DNA from: Paragordius varius
Taxonomy: Eukaryota > Animalia > Nematomorpha
Assembly (NCBI GenBank): GCA_964247055.1
Contig: OZ176056.1
Coordinates: 1,364,001 to 1,428,000, forward strand
Direction: 5' to 3'
Length of the DNA stretch: 64,000 nucleotides
Made by a program: the position numbers and the translations under genes
Notes under the pieces: model-generated
Database searches by the model: none
What the model was told of the DNA's origin: nothing
The model's input: the letters and a program-made list of their open reading frames with translations, nothing else
Part shown: in pieces, positions 12,301 through 24,678 of the stretch
How positions within the stretch are numbered: position 1 is the first letter of the stretch
Layout: each line of letters begins with the position of its first letter

Positions 12301-15300
12301 TAACTCTCCCTATTTTATATTCAAAATTATTGCAAGTATAAATATATAAATATTGTTTTAGTCCAGTCATTTCTTATTTTCTTTGAGTCGCATTTAATGT
12401 TGCGTCATTTCAACTTATATATATATATATATATATATACAGTACAGTAAAATTGATATTATACGGACAAAAAAATATAATGACAAAATTTTTATTTTAA
12501 AAAATCCAACCATATTTTTTAACCCATAAATTTATCCTATAAATATCGCAATAAAATACATAATTAAATTATGTTTCCAATATACATCTCTATTACATAC
12601 TTTACAGTTTAAAACAATGAATTATACAGTAATAACTGAAATTATACGGACAAAATGTAAAAATATAAAGACAAATATTTTTTTAAAGATAACCATACTT
12701 TTTTAAAACTAAATTTTGCCATATAAATTATTTACTTACAAAATATAAAATATGTGATTGATTGTGTTATCAATATATTTATATAACCTATTTTGCATTT
12801 TTTAACAATTATTAAAATTTTAAAAATCTAAGATTCATAAAGTGTGGCTGTCTTTTAGAAAAAAATATTTGTCTTTATATTATTAGGTTTTGTCCGTATA
12901 ATTTCAAGTTTTACTGTATTTAAATAAATTAAGATTAAAGTATGGTTGTCTTGTAGAAAGAAAATATTTGTTTTTATATTATTACAATTTATCCATATAA
13001 TTTAATTTTTTACTGTATATTTATTATTCTAAACCGACAACTTCCCAAGAAATTTGATAATAAATAAAAAAATACAGATTTATTTGCAAGAACTGTAAAA
13101 TATCAACAATATATCTTTACTATTTTTAAAGGTTTGAAATAATTACATTTTAATTGATTTTATTGCTTTTTTTAAAGAGTTAACTGAAAATTGCAAAAAA
13201 TATATAAAATTTTAATATAATTTTCTTTAAAGTAGAGTTTATATAAGTTATTCACCTAATACCATAAAAACATAAACTTTAGCCTTGTGATTTAATTTTT
13301 TTGCAACTTTATTTTAGTATTTTAATTAAATAATATTTTTTACAAATTGCTTTGTTAAAAAAACGGTCACTTCATTATTTTTAATTATATAAAAATATAA
13401 TTTTAATACATATTTACATTTAGCTACTATCCTCACAGGTAAAACTCAAATATTTTTTACAAATGTAAATATTGTAGATGGAGGTATATAATTCAATGAC
13501 CCTAAAAATTATATATTATTAATTAATTATCAAATTAACCATATATTATAAAATTTACTTTGGTTTATAAATTTTATTTTATTTTGAAATAGTTGAAATC
13601 ACTGAAGCAGCTAAATTGGTTGAAACAATTGCTAATACTGGTAAAATATATAAATATAATTAAATATTTTTATATAAAAATAACTTTTTGTTTTATAATT
13701 TCTGGTTTTTCAATATTACAATAAGACTGAAAATTGTATAAAATTATTTAATTATTTCGCTATACTATACCAATTAAAATCTATTTTGGAAATTTTTATG
13801 CATTGAATAAAAATATATCTAAAAATCTAGAAAATGGAGGCGAATTGGCTCAATTAGAACCTGGTAATGACAAGTTTTTGTTAATTTTTGGGTGACAAAG
13901 TAATTAACAAATTTTAAAACTTGTTCAAATACCGTTGTTTTTAGAAACAATTTTTACTTTTTTTGACTGTATTATACCCTAACCTAAGTATCTTTGGCGG
14001 TTTATGTTCAAAAATCAAAAAATCCTACTTTATAACTAAAAGCAAATATTTAATTTTTATCAGGGCCCAGTGTAAATCCACCATCAACTAAAGGTATTTT
14101 TTAAATTAGTCTCTAATTTTACATTATCAAATATTGTCTATACAAGTTGAGACTAATATTAAGGAAGTAGGAAATACTATTATAAATCAATTGCGATTTA
14201 TATAAATTTGAACTAAAAATTATCTATTTTCTCTTTAGTTTCAGATAATGCCATAAATGAAATCACTCCACAAAGCTCATCTGGTTTTAATTATTATATA
14301 TGCTCTAATCTTTTTAAATGTTTTACGGATCTTAAATTAAAAATTTATGATAACTATATTAATTTTTTCCAATTTAATTTTGAACAGAGGCCACAGAACC
14401 CCAACCTGGACCATCTGGCCTTCAAAGAAGTAGTTTTCGTAAAAAATTATTTTAGATATGACCTTAGCCGTGCCCGCTTTTAAAATTTCTAAAAATATCA
14501 TATGATATAGTGGATTCACAATTAATTAGTTAAAATAAATTTTTAGTTAAAAAATTTGCAAGCGTATTAATTAAAATAATTTTCAAAATAACATTTATTA
14601 ATGATTTGTTATTATTAAAATGATTTAAAAAAGCCAACTTTTTTTAAATATATTGTTTTTGCTACCAAAGTTTTTAAACATATAAGCAGTTTAACCCTAA
14701 TTAGGCTATTATATCAATTATGAAATGTATGAGTCCAGATCATATTTATATAACGTGAAACAACCAAATTATAAATAGTTTTCCAAAAAACTGATAATTT
14801 TTTAACCTTTTAATTAATATGCAATCAAAATAGACACCTTTAAAAGATGGATAATTTAAAAAACCATATTTTACATAAAAGTTGAAAAATAATCACGAAA
14901 TATTATTTTTTTATATAAAATTTGGCTAATTTATATTATCCTTGTAAAGATTAAAGCATAACATAGGTCAGTTGACGGATATTCACAATTTAAGGCCGAA
15001 ATTAAATTATTTCTTAAGACTCCATTTTAATTTTGCTGATTCAGTTCTGATGGAATATATATATTTCCCTAAATTTAGATTCTGATGTAGTTGACGATGA
15101 TATAAGCGGTATAATTTAGATTTTAATGCAAAAAAGAAATATTAATATTTCAAAAGCCGATATTTTTTGAAAATAAAAAATTGTTTAAATATAGAGATAC
15201 AATCTTGGTTAATTTATAAAATAAATTTTAAAAAATAAATTGAGTATTCAGACTTTAAGAACATAAGTGAGTAATTAGTTTTTTAAGTCGTTTGAACGTA

Positions 15301-17176
15301 AATTCCTTTTAGTTAAGCTTCATTTAATTAAAAAAAATATATATTTTTTTAAAAAAGGTAACCAAAAAACTTTGCATCACTTTAGCGTTTCTCATATTTA
15401 GAACCTCAACCAAGTAAACCATCCATAATATTTTACATAAGGCAAAAAATTTAAAACTAGTCATGACAGAATCGTTCAAGGTACAATTCAAAAAATTATA
15501 TTATTAAACTTTTTTTTAAAAAAAGAATTTTATTTCACTTTAATTTTATAGGCCGACAAATATTGGAGCGTATGTTTTTCAAATCTAAATTTCTTTCATA
15601 TTAAAATATTTTAAACACATATTTTAAAGCTAATTGAGCAATTTTTGAAAACCATTTTTGCACATATATCGATTTGATTTTATTGATATAAACCATATAC
15701 TTCAGATGTCGAAAATTTGAATACAGGTATTTAGTAATTTACTGATATATTGAATATATTTATTTTACCTCTGCAGAAGGATCCAATCTTATGGAAGGTA
15801 TATGTCTTACTTATAATCTATATTAATAAAAATTAAAATTATAAGGGCAAAACATGTAAACTAACGCCTAGACAACCAGGTCAAAAAAAGTGGAACCAAA
15901 ATTTCAATGGTTTCTGCTCGTTCATAATCACAATCGGGTTGTAAAAAATTTAAAATAAACAGTATATGTCTTAAAATTTGGAAAACATGGCTTATAGTAT
16001 AACTTTTAATACCGGTATTTAACATTGGAACCGTTCTCTTAGATGGTTACTGACTTTTCATAAAATACGTTTTATAAAATATAAACCATAATTCAACTGT
16101 TATAAATTAAAATTTATTGGAAGATCGATGAAAGTTAATGTATAATTTATTCATTAGCTTTAATGAATTGTAATGATCCAAAATATTTGTAAAAATAAAA
16201 AATATTCAAGAAGTTTTGTATAAATACAGAGTCTTACTAAAAACTTGATTTGCCTATGTGGTAATTATATTGCTGACTAATTTTTATAAATCAGGTCAGT
16301 AGTCTTCATAATTCTCCACTCTTTTTAATTGGCGTAGTTTGTGAATTTCCCCTTGTACGCTTTTAAGAGACTTAGGTTTTTGTATTAAGCCAATAGATTA
16401 ATTAAAACCGCGGCCCTAAAAGTGCTTTCATACAGCCTGTTTAAATTTTTAAGGAAAAACCACTACGATTGACTTTCAAATTCCCTTAAATCCTTATGAG
16501 AGGCCAGCGCCTTAAAAGATAAATAAGCGGAAATAACCAAGAGAAACAAATGTTTTGTGTTTTAACTCTTTTAAAATGTAGAACATTTAAAAGCTTTACC
16601 CTATTTGTAATAACAAAAAACTTCAAAACATAAAAATCGAAAAAACTTAAATCTCATGTTTTATATCTAAATGTATGACTTATAATAATTTATAAAGATT
16701 CCAATAAGGTTTTTAAAATTACTTTATGGCAGCTGATATATTTTGATTTTTTTAAAATTTTATAATTTTCAAAAAGCCCGTCTAATTCTAATTATACCAT
16801 TTTAGTTCAAAAGCAACATTTATTCGTCGCAACATTTTTTAACTAAAAGAAAATTTTTTATCATTTGGATAGAAAATGTAGCGTTTGGTTAAAAAATGGT
16901 TTATAGAATCATGTGATTTAAGACGGAATAACTTAAAAAAGATTTTTTATGATTATATGATTATTGAATTTTTCCCAGGAACTATTGAAGACTCTATAAA
17001 CTTTTCAATACCTTAAAATTTTAATTTTTTGGCGCTTTTTATTAATTAAGCTCTTATTTTTAAATCAAAATGGCTTTGCGTTATACATTTTAGGGTTTAA
17101 TTTAATCTTAATCCTATCATTTTTATGTTTTATTTTGCAGCAATTTTAATTATTACTTTTTTAAAATATCTTAAAT

Positions 17177-17214
<38 letters not shown>

Positions 17215-19104
17215 TAATTAGAATCAAAAAACTTTTTGGAGGAAACGCGAAATATTAGTAATATATTTTTATTATATAGTTTTCATTATAAAATTTATAT
17301 TTTAAAATATTTAATTCGTGATTAGGTCCAGAAAATATAAGTAATTTTTATTATAATTTATAAAATTATAAATTAATCATTAAATTTTGGATAGATCGGG
17401 CCAAAATTGGTAATTATTCTATATAATTAATAAAACCTGGTTTACTGAAAAAAAAATTGTATGTAAAGATTACTATAAGAGCCCACATTGGGATAAATTT
17501 TGCAAGAAAAGTTAAGTATTTTATATAAATTATGTTTAAAATAATTATTGTGATTTAATTGGCGACATTAGTTTAAAAATCACCTAAATTACTATCAATT
17601 ACAATAAAATATTTGAGCTAAACTAAAACTGCCGGTTTTTAAAAAGCCATTAAGGTTTCAAACAGACTTTCAAATAGTGATTTTCCAATCTTTTCTAAAT
17701 TTAAATCACATGGAATATGGGATTAAAATTGTTAAATATTTTTAAAAGTGACATTCTTTAACTTTACTCTTTGATGGAAATTAGCTTTAAAGTTAATCTT
17801 TTGTGTTTTATTTTAATAGTAATATGAATTATTTTATAGATGACATGAAAATATCCATAAAATGTATGCTTTATATTAATAAAAATTGAAAAAAATTTAA
17901 CAAATTAATAAATTAAAATACCAAATTTAGCTTTGAAAGAGCGCATTAGCAGTATATTTTTTGTATTTTAATTTAAACTTCAATATATATTTATAATATT
18001 TTTGACATTAAACAATATATACATAGATATGATGGACACTATTCAAGGTATAAAGCCTATCTTTTTATCAAACGCAAAAACTTCTCGGAAAGTGCTTTAT
18101 AACTTTACATATTACTTTAAAAATAAATCATTTTACTCCGCTTATAGTTATTAATTATATTTTAAAGTTAATTACAATATGGGGATATATATATATAGTT
18201 TCAATTTGAAAGAACATCCATGAAGCATATAGTTTTAATTTGAAAGAACATCCATGAAATAATATATTAAAACCAAAACATGAGGTTTTTAATAAAATTA
18301 CTTTAAAAATGGTTCCATAAAAACCATAATTCAATTTTTAAAGATATTCTTTTTATCCATTTAACAACAAAGGATCCTTATATATAGCGGGCTTCATTTT
18401 TTTATAATTATGTTACCTTAAATTAGATTTAATCGACAAAGCAACTGAAAGTAATTAATTTTTATATTATTATTATTAATTGTAAATAATGCAGGAAAAA
18501 AATTTATCAAAAAACTTGACAATACTTAATTAATTATATAATTTTTTTTATTAAAATATTGTTAATTTAAATATATCAAATAGTTGGTTATATGGCATAA
18601 CTTTATATATTTTTCTTAATGATATAGGCGCCATGTTTCCAGAAGGAGTTGAAAGTAATTTATTATTTATGAAAATTATTTTATTAATTTTTATATCGAT
18701 TGTAATATAAGCAAATTGATAATCCTGTCACACAAACTCCAAATAATTAAGAACTAGAAAATTTGAAACCCTCGGTATAAATTGACAATGAAGTTTTATT
18801 TACAGTATACATCCTAAGATATAAAAAATATTTAACAATACGCAATACATTTTCTAATTTGTTATTTACTATAATAAAATTCCAATTTAACCAAATAAAC
18901 AATTTTTTATAATAATCCTAGATGCATTAGGATTGGAGGATCCTGAAATATCAAAAGGTATATATATAGATAACAAATAAATTTTAAACTATAACATACA
19001 GTGTTAAACATTATAATTATAAATTTAATCATAACTGTATTTAATATATAATTTTAGAAGTTTCGGAAGAAGCCATTAGAAATCTAAAGTCGGCACCTGA
19101 ATAA
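6360..19104 (+). CDS. Micro-exon gene, copy 1: secreted ~350 aa protein of unknown family, 36 exons
   Basis: Exons: 6360-6429 (signal peptide MMNAIMRTLSYSFIACILLTQTT), 7594-7659, 8008-8027, 8117-8162, 9152-9194, 9567-9585, 10080-10111, 10397-10447, 10474-10516, 11343-11363, 11439-11447, 11822-11827, 12272-12289, 13424-13438, 13478-13483, 13593-13640, 13831-13863, 14064-14093, 14239-14283, 14388-14429, 15079-15108, 15402-15413, 15442-15480, 15552-15569, 15706-15726, 15777-15797, 17326-17340, 17395-17409, 17469-17501, 17840-17863, 17931-17951, 18027-18047, 18427-18450, 18628-18654, 18922-18957, 19058-19104 (EVSEEAIRNLKSAPE*). Each is flanked by AG and GT (one GC) and is conserved in copy 2, with many synonymous changes. 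Exon 9152-9194 is 1 nt out of frame in this copy. Confidence 0.85.
8207..8785. mobile_element. hAT-type MITE with a nested second MITE
   Basis: Ends CAGGGGTGTACCAC and GTTGGATACCCCTTG; internal GCGGCCCGC-like motif (clear in copy 2 at ~45899); present but more decayed in copy 2. Confidence 0.6.
8389..8700. mobile_element. MITE of the TACCATTTACAGTTCAAAT family
   Basis: Inverted TTCAAATTCACCC / GGGTGAATTTGAA subterminal repeats; same family as 26820-27072 and 31099-31381. Confidence 0.7.
9239..9518. mobile_element. TA-flanked CAGT...ACTG MITE (Tc1/mariner-type)
   Basis: TA|CAGTAAATTTAAATTATACAGAC ... GTCTTAGAATTCCAATTTTTACTG|TA; related to 12445-13015. Confidence 0.6.
9681..9868. mobile_element. 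Palindromic MITE
   Basis: Long inverted repeats TATGCATTTTAATGGTTG..TATAGTTGGGCAATTTGCAACACAG vs CTGTGTTGCAAATTGCCCTACTATA..CAACCATTAAAATGCATA; relatives at ~29945-30090 and ~46836-47030. Confidence 0.75.
10791..11020. mobile_element. Near-perfect palindromic MITE, TA-flanked, copy-1 specific at this site
   Basis: CAGTCATGTATCCTTTATTTT... / ...AAAATAAAGCATACATGACTA; absent at ~48110 in copy 2; a half copy sits at ~44066-44208. Confidence 0.8.
12445..13015. mobile_element. TA-flanked CAGT...ACTG MITE, compound or nested
   Basis: CAGTAAAATTGATATTATACGGACAAAA vs TTTGTCCGTATAATTTCAAGTTTTACTG (ends 12916), with a second end at 13015; shorter form in copy 2 (~49480-49763). Confidence 0.7.
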
Positions 19105-20281
19105 TCAATTTGTTATATATAGTAATTTTGGAAAATTTTCCACATGAATAATATAGATTAAATATTTTAGCAAAACTATTCACAAAGTTATTTATCCAAT
19201 AAATAAATTTGATATGTGTTAATATTTCTAAAATTGAAGGGAAAAATAAAGCTGGCCGTTTAGTTATAGTTAATATTAGATATAACCTGTAAAATACAAT
19301 TAAAAAATTAATTTAAATTTATTAGCTAAGTGTTATATTTTATAAATTCTAGTTTATTAACTCTTAATTTTACACTTAAAACCAACGACTCACTCCAAAA
19401 CTAAATAAATGGTCAACAATTTATTACATTATCTGTACGAGATGGCATGTTGAGGAGGTTTTCTAATCCAGAGCTTTTCGTAACATAACTGTTTCAAAAT
19501 CAGTTTGGCTGAATTTGTTTATATGACTTCTAGATAAAAATATTTATAATTTTTACAGTTAACATTTTTAATTCTAACGGATAACTCCAAAATATGATTG
19601 AAGCAAATAGCTGATATTAGATAAATATCAAAAATTTCTATAATCCGAAAGCTTTTTCATAATGATACATTTATTTGCCTGTTGTATTTGCGATATAATA
19701 AATTAATGAAAAAAATTATTATAAAAAAGTTTACAGGCATTTTTACCTTATTTTATCATACTAAGAGGCTAAAACAGCATATCATAAAATTTAGCCTAAC
19801 GCTAAAAATATTTTTAGGATATTTTACGGGGCACTTGGTTGTAACACTACCTCAAAAGGTTATAAAGGGTTAAAATGAAAAATATAAAAAATTTTAGTTT
19901 TTTTTAAAATATACACCAAAAAATAGGTTTAAGTAAATTTTTTAAATCATACAGTTTTAAATATAATATTTTCGCACACTGCACCAAAGCCATAGAATAC
20001 GTGTTTTAAGATTTGGATACCATTGGGAGCACTCTCGATCAATAATCACCCTATATGTAATCGCGGTCAAAAATATTAAGCACAAATCATAATTACCAAA
20101 CATATATTCTAAACTAATTTATAAACTCCTTTTTATCTTGAATTTATAATATTATTTTTTTTAGTTTTTATTTGGCTAGTATTTTGCATCAGTAAAGTAT
20201 TTGCCATACTTCATAAATAAATCATAACTAAGGACCTACAAAAATAATTTTGAGCTTAACAAAAGTACCCTTGTTCTCGTA

Positions 20282-20345
20282 TAATAAATTGGCACAGCTT
20301 CAATATCATACAATCACGTAAAAACGCGTGTTTTTTCGCTTTAAA
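20282..20345 (+). promoter_or_regulatory. Conserved block directly upstream of the ACC ATG (putative core promoter or 5' UTR)
   Basis: ATAAATTGGCACAGCTTCAATATCATACAATCACGTAA.AACGCGTGTTTTTTCGCTTTAAA is nearly identical in both copies; it contains a reverse CCAAT and an ATCACGT E-box-like half site. Function is inferred. Confidence 0.35.
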
Positions 20346-20360
20346 TCATAATCAAATTTT

Positions 20361-23300
20361 ATGTCATCCGATATTAGTGTTTTGGATACATCGATTAATA
20401 ATATAAGTACTTCAAAACATGGTTCGCTTACACTATCTAATCCCGAAGAATTTGTTATAAAATTTGGAGGAACCACTCTAATTCAAAAGGTAATTTTTAT
20501 AATGTTTAAATTTAGATCCTTATTGCCAACAATGGTATAGCTGCGGTTAAATGTATGCGATCTATTCGAAGATGGGCATACGAAATGTTTCGAAACGAAC
20601 GAGCGATAAAATTTGTTGTTATGGTGACTCCCGAAGATTTAAAAGCAAATGCTGGTAAAAATCAATCATTAAAAGCAAAAGCAATTATAATTAATTTTAT
20701 AATTACTTTTTTCTATTTTGAATTTGTTTAATTTAAAGTCTTGTTTTTTTAATGTATCTATAGTTTTCATTTAATTAAATATAAAATAAAAATGAAAAAT
20801 TGATGAAAAAATTAATTTATGGACATAATATAATTTTTGTTCCGATAAGAGTGTAGTCTCCATAATTACCTCATATATTATATATTTTTTTACTTTTCTG
20901 ATTTTTTAATTAAACCCTAATATAATTGTTTAAAAGTGAACACTTTCCCAAAAATAAATTGTGGTTTTTATAAAACCCTCTAATGGATCATTAAATTTTA
21001 TTAAAATAGTTATTTTATCTAAATTAATTATTTTTTAAGTCTCACAATTTAACTTTAATATATTCTTAAAAAAAGCATGATTGATGCGTAAATAAATTAT
21101 GTATTTTTCCAACATTTGGGGTTCTTATGGAGAAGGTTATCTTATTAGATAATTAAATATATATAATTATAAAGTGAATATCATTCCTTAGTTTTACAAT
21201 AATTAAAATATACTTTCCTTTAATTATTAATTTCCCCCTTAATAATGTTAATATGAATATGAATATAGAGTACATAAAAATGGCGGATCAATATGTCCCG
21301 GTTCCAGGCGGTTCTAACAATCACAATTACGCCAACGTTGAACTCATTGTAGAGATTTGTGTGCGGACAGGGGCTGATGCAGTTTGGGCCGGTTGGGGTC
21401 ATGCCAGTGAGAATCCGGTCCTGCCTTTCGCTTTAGCGGACCGCTGCCTGGCTTTCTTGGGCCCTTCGGCCTTTGCTATGCATGCCCTGGGTGATAAAAT
21501 AGCCTCCACGCTGATTGCACAAAGCGCGCATGTTCCCACCCTGGCTTGGAGTGGATCAGGTTTAAACGTAAAAAATTTGTTGAGGTTTTGTGGTTTCTAA
21601 ACTTTTTAAGTTTTGAGGAATTTTTATTAATTTTTATTATTGTAACGGTTATTGTGAGTTTTGGTTTGGTTAAGAATTGAATATGATATTAGAATTTAAA
21701 GGTTTGAAATGTGGTTTAACGGTTAAAAATACCGAAAGGTTTAAATGGTTTTGTGAGTTTTTTGGCGCAGAAATTGAATATATAAGGTAATATTTATAAG
21801 AATTTAAAGGGGAGTTTTTCAACAAGGTTAGAAATACCGAAGGGTTTAAACGGTTTTGTGAGTTTTTTTTCTAAGAAATTTAATATATAAGCGAATGATT
21901 TTTTTGGAATTTAAAGAGGAGTTTTATTTCCAACAAATGCTTTTTGTTTTATGGCTATTTGAAAACCTATAAGTTTGGGCGTACGTACGTTTCTATTTTG
22001 ATTTGATGGGGATTAGTTAAATCAATTAATAATTTTAAATGATTCATCAATTAAAGAATTAGACCATAAGCTACATACTTTCCAAATCTACTTTGAATTA
22101 TAAATATATATGATATTGTGCATATAATAATTTTAAAGTAAGAACCAATATATGATTGAATGGTAAAAAATATTGTTGTATTAAAATAAATTATAGTGAT
22201 ATTTTATAATTTTAATGTTGCAACTTATTATAAGACTTATATCGCTGTAAATTTTTTAGTTGTACCGGAATATTAAAAAACCCTTTTGTCATACCGTAAT
22301 ATAATGCATTTTTTTAAAAAGCCAATTCTTAAATTATATTTATGTTATAAACCTTAAGCAAATACTTAAAGTAAAATTATATATTATCATATTGAGATTA
22401 TGTAAAAATAAAAATTTATTACCGTTTTTTAGTTAATTTACAGTAAAAATTCAAATTATACAGAAAAAACATGGAATCTAAAAGAATCAAAGACCCATAT
22501 TATTGTATCTTGATTTTTTTAATTTAACTTATTGTTTTGGTTACAAAAAATAGATATATAAATTGTTATTTAACTCAATTACATAATTTTAAATTTTGAT
22601 TTAATAATTTATGTGGGATTAAACAATATAGCGGACCTTTGAAAAATATTTTCCCTAATGTTTTTAAGTTTAATCCGTTTTTTAATTGAAACAATTTTAT
22701 TATTGAAACTTAAATGCAGGCATAGAGATTGAAAATTTAGAGGTCAAAAGTCGCTCCCTACAACAAAGTATAAATGCCGAACATTTTGCTAATCAATCCC
22801 TCATGACTAAAAATATTAGTGTTTCAACAACCAAACAAATAACCAATGCAGGAAATAGTGTTTCTACTTCAGCATCGCAAAACTCCACAACCTATTATGA
22901 TTTGGATAATTTGAATAACCTTATTCCAACTGAAATATATGAATCGGCTTGTATCTCAAACTGTGAACAAGGATTACAAGTTTATAGAGATTTTTTTTCG
23001 AGTTTTTTGGGGTTCTTTAAGGGTGTTTTAATAAAATTTTAATAATTTTTGAAGGTTTAATTGGAAAAAATTTAGTAAAATGATGTATATATATTCAAAG
23101 TTATGAATTATGTTTAAAAACAAATGAAGGATAATATATTTTTGTAAAGAACCATATTGATATCTTTAGGTTTTATAACCTGCGTAATTGAGAGAAATTT
23201 ATAATGAAATTACCAATTATTATATTTTAATTGTATCGCAACTCAAAACCACATATATTGTATAATAAAAATTATGGTTTAAAAGAATAGTTTTTTTTCT

Positions 23301-24626
23301 TTTTAAAAAGAAATATCTGTTTTTACTTAAAGTTTGAATAAAATTTTGGCATTTATATATAATTTTTTATATTTTTTTATATTTTTATTAACAAAAAATT
23401 TTTTTTTCAGATGAGCAAAAAAATTGGATATCCCATTATGATAAAAGCTTCCGAAGGTGGTGGAGGTAAAGGGATACGTAAAGTATTAAAGCCTGAAGAT
23501 TTTCCAATAGCTTTTAAACAGGTATCATTTTTTTAATATGAATTTTTTTTTAAAATTGAAATTATTAAATTTACATTATTTGTTTCAAAGAATTATGTAC
23601 ATATTAGTAAAATAGGTCATAAAAAACAGTGCATGATAAATTATATTTTTATTATCACTTTGGAAATTTATTATCTAAAAAGTTTGGTTACATTAATTAA
23701 TTTGCCTCTTTAAAAAAACCATCCATTTGTTTTATTTTTTTCAATATACATATATATATGCAGTATTTTTATTGAAAAATATGTAATTTTTTTCTCATCA
23801 CAATTTTAATATTGACTTTTCGCCTTAAACTAAATAATGGTGCAATTGCAATAATTTTTTCTATTTATTCATGCAAGGAAATTGTTAATATCACAGTATA
23901 CATATATTGCAAAAATTTCTGTTATAAACTTAATATAAAATTACATATTTGAGCCAAAATTTATTTTATCAATAATAAATGTTATTTAACTAAAAGGTTC
24001 AAACTGAAGTCCCAGGATCACCCATTTTCTTGATGGCCCTTGCTAGCCATTGTCGGCATTTGGAAGTTCAATTACTGGCTGATAGTTATGGAACAGCTAT
24101 TTCTCTCTTTGGTCGAGATTGTTCCATTCAAAGACGTCATCAAAAGATTATTGAAGAAGCACCCGTTACTATAGAAACCGCCCACGTGATTGAAGAAATG
24201 GAAAAGGTTGATTTTAAAGTTTTAGAGTTTTTTGGTTTTGCGGAATATTAAAAGGTACTAGGTAATTAAATTGTAAAATAAATGATAGAAATGTTCTAAT
24301 ATTTGGTCAATTTTTTAAAAAACATCAAAAAGCGTAAGTTTCTTGTGAGCTAGCGAAAAGGTAATACTGAGTCTTGTGATGCTTTTTAGCTTATATTATA
24401 GTTTATAACATTAAAAAACTTGCCTTATCAATGTATACATTTATCTTCACAGCCAAATTTACAGAATCATTCGTTTTTGTTAAAATAATGCAAGTTTTAT
24501 TATCCAACGTAACTAGATTTGCACAATCTATAATTTGTTGTTGGGCTCATAGAAGTAGCTACATTTGTTTTAGAAAAATTAAAATTACCATAAATATTCG
24601 CTTTTATTATACTGAAATATTTGCAA

Positions 24627-24678
<52 letters not shown>

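Larger units (their letters stand above)
2722..21190 (+). repeat. Segmental duplication, copy 1 (partner about 41190-60760, same orientation)
   Basis: Collinear similarity read by eye from the satellite end (AAAAGACTAG...) through the hAT remnant, the micro-exon gene and ACC exons 1-2; many indels and TE presence/absence differences. Confidence 0.95.

Noticed and set aside
16290-16500. Relatively GC-rich, well-conserved block in a long micro-exon-gene intron (paralog ~53380-53580)
   Set aside because: No exon with matching phase and splice sites in both copies, and no convincing RNA structure by eye; it may be ordinary residual similarity.
19380-19470. Conserved block with a minus-strand TTAG|TTTTGGA|GTGAGT micro-exon-like site
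   Set aside because: The adjacent putative start differs by a 2-nt indel between copies, and no further exons could be chained.
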